In this document: positions 50,481 through 63,129 of the stretch, piece after piece
Position numbering within the stretch: position 1 is the stretch's first letter
How the letters are laid out: the number at the start of each line of letters is the position of its first letter
Origin: Octopus sinensis
Taxonomy: Eukaryota
Length of the DNA stretch: 64,000 nt
Direction of reading: 5' to 3'
NCBI RefSeq assembly: GCF_006345805.1
Contig: NC_043004.1
Span: 103,664,001-103,728,000, forward strand
Notes under the pieces: generated by a model
Databases searched by the model: none
What the model was told of the DNA's origin: nothing
Seen by the model: only the letters and a program-made list of their open reading frames with translations
Program-made: the position numbers and the translations under genes

Positions 50481-50646
50481 AGGCGCAGGAATGGGTGTGT
50501 GGTAAGTAGCTTGCTAACCAACCACATGGTTCCGGGTTCAGTCCCACTGCGTGGCACATTGGGCAAGTGTCTTCTGCTATAGCTCCGGGCCGACCAATGC
50601 CTTGTGAGTGGATTTGGTAGACGGAAACTGAAAGAAGCCTGTCGTA

Positions 50647-50740
<94 letters not shown>

Positions 50741-52351
50741 TGTGTTTGTCCCCCTAGCATTGCTTGACAACCGATGCTGATGTGTTTACGTCCCCGTCAC
50801 TTAGCGGTTCGGCAAAAGAGACTTGGGCTTACAAAGAATAAGTCCCGGGGTCGATTTGCTCGACTAAAGGCGGTGCTCCAGCATGGCCGCAGTCAAATGA
50901 CTGAAACAAGTAAAAGAGTAAAAGAGAGAGCTTAGAGATGGTTTTGTGTAATAATGATTTGTTCACACTGGGACAAACGAGGAATTTGCTTCTTCTACCG
51001 ACTTACGTCCAGTATATTATCTTTCAAATTTATCAATATATAGGGTCACTGCCCCCTCCCCAGGAACAACGTGGAGTTTGAGCTTTGTACTCTCCCCCGC
51101 CTTTAAGGCGCAAGTAGCACACAAAAAATAACTTTGATAGACATCAATTTCGCCTGTATTTTTCTGGACTGATGGGATGGATAAAAGATGAAGTTGGTCT
51201 TGACGGGGATTCGAACTCAGAATATAAAGAACGAAAAGATCCGTCGTGAGTCATATAGGATCACTGGGACGGGTTCCCGGTTTCCGTGGCTCATACGATT
51301 TTTCCTTCGCTAGGATGGGACGCCGGTTCGTCGCAGGATTACTCATTTTGTGCTAGCTGAGAGGTCTGGAGCAACGTGAAATGAAGTGTTTTGTTCAAGA
51401 ACAGAACGAGTCACCCAGTCCAGGAATCGAAACCAAAACCATGAGTTAAACACTCTAACCACCAATCAACAAGCCTCCACATAAAGAACTAGAAAATATC
51501 GATTCTGCCAATCGGCCGCCAGGAAATCGTTAGTCTATCAATATGTACAACACTTATACTACGGTATGCTATCATAATTCTTTTATTCTTCTATTTGTTT
51601 CAGTCATTTGACTGCGGCCATGCTGGAGCACAGCCTTGCGGGTTTTTAGTCGAAGAAATTGACCCCAGGACAAACTATTTTTTTAAAGCACAGTACTTAT
51701 TCTATCAGTCTCTTTTGCTGAACAATTAAGTTACTGGGACGTAAACACACCAATACCGGTTGTCAAGCAATGATGAGAGGAACAAGCACAGACACAAAGT
51801 CCCCCCCCCACATATATATATATACAACGGGCTTCTTTCAGTTTCCATCTACGAAATCCACTCTCGAGGCTTTGGTTGGCCCGAAGCTATAGTAGAAAGT
51901 ACTTGCCGAAGGGGCCCTCGCAGTGGGATTGAACCTGGAACGATATGGTTGGGAAGCAAGCTTTTTACCACACATCTATGCCTACACCTATATTGAATTA
52001 CATTCGATTATTGCATCAATATTGAAAAATTTCGTACACCGAAGTGTTTGTTTGTTCCTTCTCAACCCATGCCTGGCTCATAGAGCCGGTTTCCTGGTTT
52101 CCTTGGCGTATAGGTTCCCCACCTGGACGGGATGCCAGTCCGTCGTAGATGAGCTGCAAGATGCACAAGGAAAGAGTGAGAGAAAGTTGTGGCGAAAGAG
52201 TCAACAGAAGTTCGCCATTACCTTCTGCCGGAGCCGCGTGGAGCTTAGGTGTTTTCGCTCATAAACAGATACACCGCCCGGTCTGAGATTCGAAAACCCC
52301 GATCCCTCGACCGTGAGTCCGCTGCTCTAACCACTAGGCCATGTGCCTCCA
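50481..52351. mobile_element. SINE cluster: A 50481-50925 +, C-like 51240-51485 -, A 51580-51990 -, C 52055-52351 -
   Basis: Each aligns to family heads or tails. Confidence 0.85.
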
Positions 52352-52379
52352 TATACCGAAGTGTACTTATGTATCAAAA

Positions 52380-52945
52380 CTGTCTTGCTACAGTATAAAA
52401 CTGAAGGACGGATCCGGCAAGCAGCTAAGTACATTATGAAGATCACCCTGCTGTCTTTCTTTGGCCGGGAATAGAAGGCGATATTTCTTTGTCTGGTGGC
52501 CTTAGTGACAAAGGGTGTGTGGTAATCCAGGTTGAAAGGGCTCAAGACAGACACTCTCCTCTTTGGCCAATCCCTCATCAACACTTTTTAAAGTTTCAGT
52601 TGAAAAGGAAAGTGAAAGTAGAGAGGGAAGTGTTGTTTCCCAGCAATTTTGTTAAAAGATGGTGAATGTAGCGCGAATGATCCGAGTGAGCGGGCCTACT
52701 CTTAGCGCATGCTCTGTAGATCATGGGCAGCTGAAGAGGAGAAGGAACTTGCCCTAAAGATCAGGGTGATCGTGGCTTTTTTGTGGGGTTTCCAAGAACA
52801 TCCTTAGAAAGTCTCTCGCTTTTCGGGATTTTGTATTGTTCTTCTTTGTTTCCCCGTTTCAGTCCCTCCCTATTTCTATTGTATTGTCCTGTACCGTCCC
52901 CAGTGGATTTTTAAAATTGAATCCTCAGTGTTTAATTACGAAAAG
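52380..52945 (+). mobile_element. Degenerate 3' end of a Tx1/L1-like LINE (ORF2 C-terminus plus 3' UTR)
   Basis: KITLLSFFGRE*KAIFLCLVALV..V..*SRLKGLKTDTLLFGQSLIN, then after a frameshift KRKVKVEREVL...RWVNVARMIRVSGPTL; resembles a recalled octopus Tx1-like ORF2 end. Confidence 0.55.
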
Positions 52946-53003
52946 ATTATTATCATTATCATTATTATTATTATCATTATTATTATTATTATTATTATTA
53001 TTA

Positions 53004-56000
53004 CTTTTATTTTTTTTTTCTTCTTTCAAATTTGCTTCCATTTCTTACCGAGTGTCTTACCGACTCCTAGGGCAAAGAAACTCATAGTATACATTGGTAG
53101 GCCATTAAACCAAACTCAATAGTTCGTTAATTAAAAAAAATTTTTTTTTAAAGTTAAATTAAAATACATGAGCAGCAACAGTTCTCACATCGACAATGCT
53201 CTTCTCAATACGTGTGATGTACCAGTTAAGACAATCTTTTGCACTTCTTGCAGGGATGGTAAGCCAGGGATCATTCTCATATAATTTTCGGTTCCCTTCT
53301 TGATCATTCCTAGTGCTCCTACGATCACTGGTATTGTAACTGCCTTGAGATGCCACATTTTCTCAATTTCAATGAGTAGGTCTTTATATTTTCTGAGCTT
53401 GTCAAACTCTTTCGCTGAGATATTATGATCACAGGAGATGCTCATGTCGATCAATAAGAAAACTTTATTGTTTTGGTCTTTCACAACAATATCTGGTTTA
53501 TTGGCCTTGATGGTTCGGTCTGTATGTACTGGAAAGTCCCACAGAATGGTTACATTTTCTCCTTCAGTTACAGCCTCAGGGTGGTGATTATACCACTTGT
53601 CGGCAGTTTTGATATTGTAATGCCGACTTATTAGCCAGTGGAGATATTGGCCAACTCTGTCATGTCTTAATTTATACTCCACTGGTGCTAAGACTTTACA
53701 TCCAGAGACTAGGTGGTCCACTGTTTCAATCATGTCGTTGCAGAATCGGCATTTTGGGTCCGCTCCATTTTTCATCACATTGGCCTGGTAGTTCCGGGTT
53801 AATAGGCTTTGATCTTGAGCAGCCAGGATGAAACCTTCGCTCTCTGCTTTTAGCCCTGAGCTCCGTAGCCACTGATGGGTTTGCTTCTGGTCAACATCAG
53901 CTTGTTTGCTGCGGGTCACATATTTGCCGTGCAGAGGTTTCTCCTCCCACCTATCAGCCAATTGCTCGTGCGCTTTTTTCATTGCCATCATTTTCACCTT
54001 CTTTGAAACAATAGTTGCCGTACTTCCCTCGGGTTGTTCAGTTTGGGTATCCTGCACGAGATCAATAGCAAATGTTTTGCTTTCCTTTATGATAGAATGA
54101 AGCTTCTTTCGTCTCTCGTGATTTTCCACGAGCTTTAGCATCCAGTCATTCGATATTTCGAGATATTTGGCCAGTCCAATTGTGGTTGTTTTGTAAGCTA
54201 GTTCAAATTGGATCAGGCCTCGACCTCCTTGGGCTCTGGGAAGGTAAAGGCGATCTACGTCTGCCTTTGGGTGGTGCATCCTATTACAACTCAGCAGCTT
54301 GCGTATTTTCCTATCTATATTCTTTATTTCACTCATATTCCAGTTCAACACATTGTAGCTATAAGTAACAACTGGAACTGCTAAGGAATGTATAGCTAAC
54401 ACCTTGTTACGTGCATTTAGTTCAGATTTCAGGACTGCACGAACTCTCCTATAACATTCCTTCCTGATCTTCTCTTTCATGCTTGCATGCTGAATACCAG
54501 AGCCTTCATTTATCCCTAAATATTTGTATGTTTGTTCTTGCTCAAGCTCTCTTATGACTGTGTCAACATCTAACACGACTGAATTTGTGGTCTTCACTTT
54601 CCCTTTCTGGAAAGTGGCCTTGGCACACTTCTCAAGTCCAAACTCCATCCCGATGTCATCGCTGAATGCTTTCACGGTGTGCAATAGGCCTTCAAGTTCA
54701 TTATTGTCTTTACCATAAAGTTTTAAGTTCATCCATATAAAATAGATGGCTTATTTTTTATTGGCAATTTTATACCCATACCCTGTTCTGTTTAATTCAC
54801 TTGTAAGGAGTATTAGGGCTATGCAGAATATTAAAGGTGAAAGTGAGTCACCTTGAAAAATTCCACAGTTGATGTGGAAGTACTCCATTAGAGTGGTATA
54901 ATTGGAGATTCGTATTCCACAACGATATATTGTGCTTCAGGAAGTTTGAAATCACAGGGGAAATTTTGAAGATGTCCAGCGATCTCAAGATCCATGGATG
55001 CGGTATACTGTCGAAGGCCTTTTTATAGTCAATCCACGCGGAGCTGAGATTTCTGCGCTTGTTGTGACAGTTCTCAAGGATCATACGATTGATTAGCAGT
55101 TGATCTTTGCATCCGTAAGAGCCTCGGCGGCACCCTTTTTGTTCAATGGGGAAATATCGTTCTTCTCCATGAATGCATATGTTTTCTCCGCCAGGATAGA
55201 TGTTAGGATTTTATACGTGGTGGATAGACAGGTTATAGGCCGATAGTTTTTTTGGAAGGTTGGTTTCGTTATTCTTTGGGAGTAGGTAAGTAATGCCACT
55301 TGCTAACCATTCAGGTGTTTTCTTTGGGTCTCTCATAATTCCATTGAGCAGCTGAACTAGCTTACCGTGTGCGCATGGGAGCGATGCGAGCCAGAAATTC
55401 GGCACCCTATCTTTACCGGGGGATTTCCAATTATGGGCCTTCGTGAGTGCCTTTCTTAGGTCTGCTATTGTGATGTCTTCCCATGCTTGTTGTTGTAAAT
55501 TTTGGTAGGATCCTTCAGTTTGTATAATCAGTCCTCTGCATTATGTTGTACGTCTTCTGTCACTCCAAATCCTTTTCCAAAAGTTTTGAACTACTTCCAT
55601 GGGAGGGGGGTCTTTAACGGTTACTTTCTCCTTCCCTATTTCTCTGTAGAATTTTTTGCCATTGGATGTGAACAGCTTATTTTGCTTGTAAAACTTGTTT
55701 CTCTCTCTCAAATCTTCGTATTCTTTGGGCTTTTGCTTGGACTTTTGTTTCAGCGTTTCTTTTATTGATATCAGTTCTTCTCTTGGTGAGGATCCAAATT
55801 TTCTCTTCATCTTTCTTCCTGTTCTGGATCTTACATCATTTCCACATATTATTTCATTTAATATTGATATTTCCCCTCTCATAAATTCAATCTCTTTTTC
55901 AATTTTACTTCTCCAGGTTTGATTTCTTCCCAGGTTTTGCTTTCTTTGTTTTTTCGGGGGCATACAGCTGGTTTCAATTGCCCTAGCAGAAGCGTAAATA

Positions 56001-56367
56001 ATTTCATTTAACTCAGTAAAATCAGGTTTTAATTCTCGTATTATTTCATTTGTTACATAGTTGCCAATTTGGATTTGTTTTTTATTTTGGTTTGTATTTG
56101 AGAGTTTATGAAGTGGTTCTCTATCATTCATACTTGTATGTCTACAACTTCAAGCGTATTCAGGATTTTCTCTGCCTCATTTCTACCATAGACTCTCTGT
56201 GTTCTTCAGGAAATGCGAGATCTTCAGTTACTGTTGTTTTTTCGTTTTCCTGGCTATCTTTAACAGGTACAATAGAATTTCTTGTATCTTCAGGCCTTTG
56301 CGTACTTTGGTCAGATGGCAGTCTTTCAATTAAGCCTCGTGGCGGGATATACTGTTCATCTGATTCA
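53004..56367 (-). mobile_element. 5'-truncated R4/Dong-clade non-LTR retrotransposon inserted in (TAA)n
   Basis: RT motifs (SPGKD, NYRPITCL, WIDYKKAFDS, GIFQGDSLSP, YMD), CCHC knuckle (CRFC..ETVDHLVSGC), REL endonuclease (KPDIVV..LIDMS..K..KYKDL); (TTA)n on both flanks. Confidence 0.95.
53185..56367 (-). pseudogene. RT-REL endonuclease polyprotein, frameshifted; the C-terminal 515 codons (53185-54732) are open
   Basis: ORF-track pieces 55541-56131, 55211-55405, 55093-55299, 54848-55084 and 53185-54732 are consecutive parts of one reading frame. Confidence 0.9.
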
Positions 56368-56396
56368 TTATTATTATTATTATATTATTATTATTA

Positions 56397-56468
<72 letters not shown>

Positions 56469-56537
56469 CATCATCATCATCGTCATCGTCATCGTCATCG
56501 TCATCATCATCGTCATCGTCATCATCATCATCAATTA

Positions 56538-56582
<45 letters not shown>

Positions 56583-56608
56583 GTTGTTATTATTATTATT
56601 GTTATTAC

Positions 56609-56645
<37 letters not shown>

Positions 56646-56682
56646 GTTATTATTATTATTATTATTGTTATTATTATTATTA

Positions 56683-56734
<52 letters not shown>

Positions 56735-56737
56735 CAT
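56368..56737. repeat. (TTA)n-(TCA)n-(TTA)n compound trinucleotide tract
   Basis: Directly visible. Confidence 0.97.
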
Positions 56738-57560
56738 TGCCTGTGCATAGCTTCTAACGCTGGAGATGTGCTACGGTGTCAGCTGTTCACTACCAGTGAA
56801 CTACGGTAACACCTCTTATTTTTCGAACACCTCCCGGAGTATTCGAGCGGTTCCAAGCAGTGCTGTTTTCTTCAAGTGCACCACCCTTATTGCAGTCCCT
56901 ATTTGTTCAACATACTTCTTGAGATTTTTGCTCACTGTTACCAGGGCTCCGACAATTATTGGTACTACTACTATCTTTTTCATCGACCACAACTGCTTAA
57001 CTTCCCAAGCTAACCTGTCATATCTATCGACTTTTCTTTCTTCCTTATCGCATACCTTGTTGTCAGCTGGGCATGCTATATCTATGATCCAGCATAGATT
57101 ATTTTCTTTTTCAATTAAGACTATGTTCGGCTTCCTGTTCTCTATCTTATGGTCGCACTGAATCATAAAATCTCATAGGATCTTTGCATTTCTGATTTCG
57201 ACGATACCTTCAGGTTTGTGGTCGTACCAATTTCTTGCTCTGTCAAATCCATACTTGTTGCAAAGTGTCCAATGTGGCGTGGCGTCTCTTATATTCCTTC
57301 TGGGCAAGTGGCGTACATTGGCTGGTGATTCTGCACTTACCACTTTCTGATGTGTTATCTATTCTGTATTTTATGTAATTGGTTCTTGATGCTTGCTCTT
57401 GGGTAGCACAGATTAGAGCCTCCGTTTACGGTTTTAAATCACTTTTTGTCATCCACAGCCATCTTTTTTCTCTGTCTTATCTTCAACATCCCTATGAAAC
57501 TGACCATGCATTCTTTTCTTTACGCACCTATTTTCAGTTTCATTCGTTTTCAATTTCTTG
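56738..57560 (-). mobile_element. 3' fragment of a second R4/Dong-like family ending in (TAA)n
   Basis: KPNIVLIEK..WIIDIACPAD..K.DRYDRLAWEVKQLW..VVPIIVGALVTV; upstream MHGQFHRDV. Confidence 0.9.
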
Positions 57561-57579
57561 TATAGTTCTTTCATCCTTT

Positions 57580-57890
57580 CGGTGACGATAAAATAAGTAC
57601 CAGCCAAGAACTGGGGTCGATGTAATCGATTCATCGATTCATCCCCACCTCCCCCAAGCTACCCTTGTGGCAAAAATTTGAAATAATAATAATATTATTA
57701 TTAAGGCGACGGTCTGGCAGAATCGTTAGCACTCCGGGCAAAATGCTTAGCGGCATTTCATTTGTCTTCAGGTTTTGAGCTCGACTTTGTCTGTTATCCT
57801 TTCCGGGTCGATAAGATAAGTACCGGTTGAATACTGGGGTCGATGTAATCGAGTTAAACCCTCCCACGAAATTTCAGGCCTGTATTAGAA
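57580..57890. mobile_element. Two SINE B fragments (57580-57685 -, 57703-57890 +)
   Basis: Family B core motifs. Confidence 0.8.
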
Positions 57891-58047
57891 AGGGTTATTG
57901 TTGCTGTAATTATTTACTGCTGGTGAAGTTGATTTGTTTTACGAGACATTTTCTGATACAAAATATTTTGCTCGATGAAATAGTTTCCATGAAAAACATA
58001 TTCGCGTAAAAATAATTACCCTGTTTAGAGTCTCTAATTACATTGGT

Positions 58048-58100
<53 letters not shown>

Positions 58101-58129
58101 ATGCTTGTTTATAATTCTTTCCTCTCAAA

Positions 58130-58293
58130 TAGGTGTAGGAGTGGGTGTATGGTAAGTAGCTTGCTTACCAACCACATGGTTCCGGATTCAGTCCCACTGC
58201 GTGGCACGACGGGCAAGTGTCTTCTACTATAGCCTCGGGCCGACCAAAGCCTTGTGAGTGGATTTGGTAGACGGAAACTGAAAGAAGCCCGTC

Positions 58294-58366
<73 letters not shown>

Positions 58367-58983
58367 CATGCATGTATGTATGTATGTATGTATGTATGTA
58401 TGTATGTATGTATGTATGTATGTATGTGTATATGTTTGTGTGTCTGTATTTGTTCCCCCAACATCGCTTGACAGCAGATGCTGGTGCGTTTACTTAGCGG
58501 TAAGGCAAAGAGACCGATAGAATAAGTACTAGGCTTACAGAGAATAAGTCCTGGGTCGATTTGTTCGACTAAAGGTGGTGCTCCAACATGGCCACAGTCA
58601 AATGACTAAAACAAGTAAAAGAGTAAAGAGAGAGTAATTACCAAACGACATAAATGGCCGTGGAGGTTTAATGCTACACCCCATTGAACAAAAACTGAAA
58701 ATGCATAAAATATTTCACACGCAGAAACCACTAAACAACACTATTTTGATTGTAACGCAAATTATTAAAAATATATGCGAACTGTAAGAAATTACAGACA
58801 GTTTTACTACACCAAACAATAGGCGCAGGAGTGGCTGTGTGGTAAGTAGCTTGCTAACCAACCACATAGTTCCGGGTTCAGTCCCACTGCGTGGCACCTT
58901 GGGCATGTGTCTTCTGCTATAGCCCCGGGCCGACCAATGCCTTGTGAGTGGATTTGGTAGACGGAAACTGAAAGAAGCCCGTC

Positions 58984-59069
<86 letters not shown>

Positions 59070-59925
59070 ATGCATGCATGCATGTATGTATGTATGTATG
59101 TATGTATGTATGTATGTATGTGTATATGTTTGTGTGTCTGTATTTGTTCCCCCAACATCGCTTGACAGCAGATGCTGGTGCGTTTACTTAGCGGTAAGGC
59201 AAAGAGACCGATAGAATAAGTACTAAGCTTACAGAGAATAAGTCCTGGTCGATTTGTTCGACTAAAGGTGGTGCTCCAACATGGCCACAGTCAAATGACT
59301 AAAGCAAGTAAAAAAGTAAAGAGAGAGTAAATTACCAAACGACATAAATGGCCGTGGAGGTTTAATGCTACACCCCATTGAACAAAAACTGAAAATGCAT
59401 AAAATATTTCACACGCAGAAACCACTAAACAACACTATTTTGATTGTAACGCAAATTATTAAAAATATATGCGAACTGTAAGAAATTACAGACAGTTTTA
59501 CTACACCAAACAGAAATCTTGTCAACAATAGGCGCAGGAGTGGCTGTGTGGTAAGTAGCTTGCTAACCAACCACATAGTTCCGGGTTCAGTCCCACTGCG
59601 TGGCACCTTGGGCATGTGTCTTCTGCTATAGCCCCGGGCCGACCAATGCCTTGTGAGTGGATTTGGTAGACGGAAACTGAGAGAAGCCTGTCGTATATAT
59701 GTATATATATATGTGTGTGTTTGTGTGTCTGTGTTTGTCCCCCTAGCATCGCTTGACAACCGATGCTGGTGTGTTTACGTCCCCGTCACTTAGCAGTTCG
59801 GCAAAAAAGAGACCGATAGAATAAGTACTGGGCTTACAAAGAATAAGTCTCGGGGTCGAGTTGCTCGATTAAAGGCGGTGCTCCAGCATGGCCGCAGTCA
59901 AATGACTGAAACAAGTAAAAAGAGG
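58130..59925 (+). mobile_element. Three SINE A copies with a duplicated unique spacer (about 700-bp tandem duplication)
   Basis: Copies start at 58130, 58820 and 59529; spacer ATTACCAAACGACATAAATGGCCG... occurs twice. Confidence 0.95.
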
Positions 59926-60090
59926 AAGAGAAAGAGAATAACAAAAGTTCACATGCAAGTATCGCTTTTGGTTTAAACACGAACAACAATAAATTCTCTT
60001 TTGCTAGCGATCTGTCGAAAAAGAAAACTTTCCATACGAAAGATCCAAACATAAAATGTGAGACAACTCTGACAGTTATTTGAAATGAAA

Positions 60091-60488
60091 TCTTTATATA
60101 TAAAAGAGAGGTTGTGTGTCTGTCTCCTACGATTTAGATTCCTAACTACTCCCACATTTTGCGGTGCAGTTTAACCAAAACCGGGTATCTTATAGTCGTG
60201 ATTCATATCGAGCCCTTCTGGTTATTAGCGCGCGTCTACGATGAGTCTACGATTTTAAAAATAATTTGCCATAATTTTTTTCCATTTTAATGCATTTTTT
60301 CGCTATTATATAAGGGAAGTAACTCTCTAAAAATGTCTACGATGAGTCAACGATTAAAAAAAAATTTACCATAGTTTTTTTTCCATTTTTTAATGCATTT
60401 TTTTGCTATCTTTTGGCTATAACTCTCTAAAAATGCTTATATAGTTATTTCCCTTACAAACCCGAGCAACGCCGGGCGATACTGCTAG
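60091..60488 (+). mobile_element. Non-autonomous Helitron
   Basis: A|TC ... hairpin ... CTAG|T; sister of the 39316 copy. Confidence 0.9.
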
Positions 60489-60541
60489 TTTCTTATATTG
60501 GGAAAAATGTCATAAGCACTATTTGCGTCATCTTTAAAACA

Positions 60542-61320
60542 GAGGACCCGGTGAAAGTGGAAACCGAAATAGTGCGTGATGCTCCTGTTCATGAGTGATT
60601 CTGCAGAATTTGGGAAGGGGAAACGCAGATGTCCACTGTCAGGGGCATTTGTGATGATGTGGACCGGTGGAGAGTGGTTACCTTTGTCGCTCTATATTGG
60701 CAAGTTGTCACTGCTGATATAATATTTAGTGATATGTGGTCGGATGGGGGTCATCATAGATATACACGATCTCGTCAGTCCAAAGATGTATCAGAAATGT
60801 GTCCTGTAGAGGGTGCTGAGAGGAAGGTTGTTACATATGTGGAAGCAAAACCCATCTTAAAGCTTTCAGCATAAACAAATTATATATGCATACAAAGGTA
60901 ACGACAAAACATGGAGATTGTTAGTCGCAGGGTGACACCAGACAGAAAACCAAATAAAGTGGCTCCGTCCTTATTAGCAGTAGCAAGCCACGAGATCGAA
61001 GAATCTCTTTCAGCCACAATCGGCGAGACTAATAAGCTCCTCCCCACCCCCACCCCATCAGCACAACAACAGCAACAGCAACAACGGAGGGTACGAAACG
61101 ACCAGTCCCTCCCCCTCATCGCAGCACCATCCCATGTATTTACGAGGAATGCGGACCAGATGGAGGGTGATGGGCATAAACAGATTTCCTAAAAAAATGA
61201 GACCCAAGGGAGAAAAACAAAGTATTAAAAATGCGAAGCAAGATACACCTCCCGCAAAGAAGAAACTTTCTCCTCTGAGGAAGAGCCGATATCGTATGAA
61301 GAAGAACAAGTCCCCACCCT
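60542..61320 (+). pseudogene. Decayed gag-like ORF1 of a LINE (Tx1/L1-like?)
   Basis: VEG..K followed (after a frameshift) by GCYICGSKTHLKAFS, a degenerate CX2CX4HX4C knuckle, then a low-complexity P/Q/K-rich tail. Confidence 0.4.
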
Positions 61321-61854
61321 GAATGAAATGAAATTCACAGCCATTGAATTATTTTCAGCCATTCACAAAAGAAAAAAAAATCAATAAAATATGAAATAAA
61401 AAATAAAATTCTACAAAGAATCTTATAAAATATCCAATCGAAGTACGGATTAAAAAAGGAATGGGATCATATTTTAAGTAGTATAATAAGTACGGAACAA
61501 TATTCCTTATGAAGTATCATATATCAACGACCTATTAGATATGGTCTCACACTTGTCCCGTATAGCTATGAAGAATACATAATAGAAACACGAGACATCC
61601 TGATCAACACAAGTGGACGTTTAATTTGTTTTTAGATATAAGTATCTTGTTTTAAGTATTATGTGATTAATCATACTGATTAAAAAAAAAATTCCGTCTA
61701 AATGTTTCGAGCTTTATAAATTTTAAATCCAACCAAATTGTATAACATTTTTAACCCACTTCCTTCGCTTTTGTCTAACTTTTTCGTTCCACCTCACACA
61801 TCTTTGTAAGTCTCCTGTTTAATGTGTCTGTTCGATCCCTTGTGCCTGTTGAAA

Positions 61855-62130
61855 TTTATTATTGATTTGATACAGGTTTGCTCTTATTCTTGGTTGGATT
61901 TATGTGGATAGCGGGTATCTACCTGTAACCTTAGGTATTCACAAGCTTTCAATAGTCTTTCAAGTGCTTAGAGCCTTCCTGATAATCTTTCCTGTTCTTA
62001 AGAAGCAAACTTTCTATAGAAGCTCTACAAGATATTCCAATCTCCTCCAACTATTCGTCTATATCTCTGCTCACAGTTCCCAATGCATCAATTATTACAG
62101 ACACAACCTTTACAGTTTTCATGCTCTAAA
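61855..62130 (-). mobile_element. Short 3' end of another R4/Dong-like family
   Basis: VKVVSVIIDALGTVSRD..LEEIGI...LRTGKIIRKAL plus a 3' UTR ending AATAATAAA. Confidence 0.7.
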
Positions 62131-62136
62131 TTCTTG

Positions 62137-62335
62137 TTAGCGCGCCGGATGAAATTGCTTAGCGATATTTCGTCCGTCGCTACGCTCTATGTTCAAATTC
62201 AGCTGAGATTGATTTTACCATTCATCCTTTCGAGGGCGATAAAATAAGTACCAGCGAAACACTGGGGTCGATGTAATCGACTAGTGTCCCTCCCGCAAAA
62301 TTTCAGACCATGTGCCTATAATAGGAAGGATTTTT
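62137..62335 (+). mobile_element. SINE family B
   Basis: Family B core and tail. Confidence 0.85.
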
Positions 62336-62349
62336 ATTACTATTAATTG

Positions 62350-62905
62350 AGAGAGCAGTGCAGGCCATCAAAGTAAGACTGGGGTACAAATATACAAAGT
62401 TCAATATACCCATTATGACTACCCGTCTGATAAGGATACACCAGGCACATGCATCACAACCGTATGTGCGCGACATGTTGATCTCATATCAAGATAAACA
62501 GCACATGACCTTGCAGGTGGGGGTCCTGTTAGAATTTTCTTCAGGTTAAGTAGCCCATCCCGCTCAAAAGGTCCTTGAATAAGGGGTGTTTAAGGATGTT
62601 GAATGAAACACCCATGTTTCTAGAAGGGGATTATTCAAACCGTGACGGATTCCTCTCAACACACGGCTATGACGCTCCCCTATTACTTCTGTTCGTGATC
62701 AGAGATGCAGATATCATCAGGCACTAAGGGACATGGTCAACTGGTTAAGGTCAAACAACTGACAAGCAAATATGTGGTATTGAGCAGAACATTTGCTGTG
62801 GCCCATCTTTTATAACAAGACAAAGCAATGTACATGATAACACTTCCAATCAGTTAAGATCAGAAGCAATGAGAGCCACTGCCTGGTACTGCATCAGGGC
62901 ATTTA
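62350..62905. repeat. Unclassified ~555-bp non-coding element flanked by TTA-rich sequence
   Basis: GC-richer, sharply bounded block that resembles an abundant octopus repeat from memory; only one copy in this window. Confidence 0.35.
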
Positions 62906-62908
62906 TCA

Positions 62909-62960
<52 letters not shown>

Positions 62961-62983
62961 CATCATCATCATTATCATCATCA

Positions 62984-63044
<61 letters not shown>

Positions 63045-63055
63045 CATTATTATTA

Positions 63056-63129
<74 letters not shown>
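62906..63129. repeat. (ATT)n/(ATC)n tract
   Basis: Directly visible. Confidence 0.97.

Noticed and set aside
60911-61322. Independent host genes (93-aa and 62-aa ORFs)
   Set aside because: Low-complexity sequence downstream of a broken zinc knuckle; better explained as a decayed LINE ORF1.
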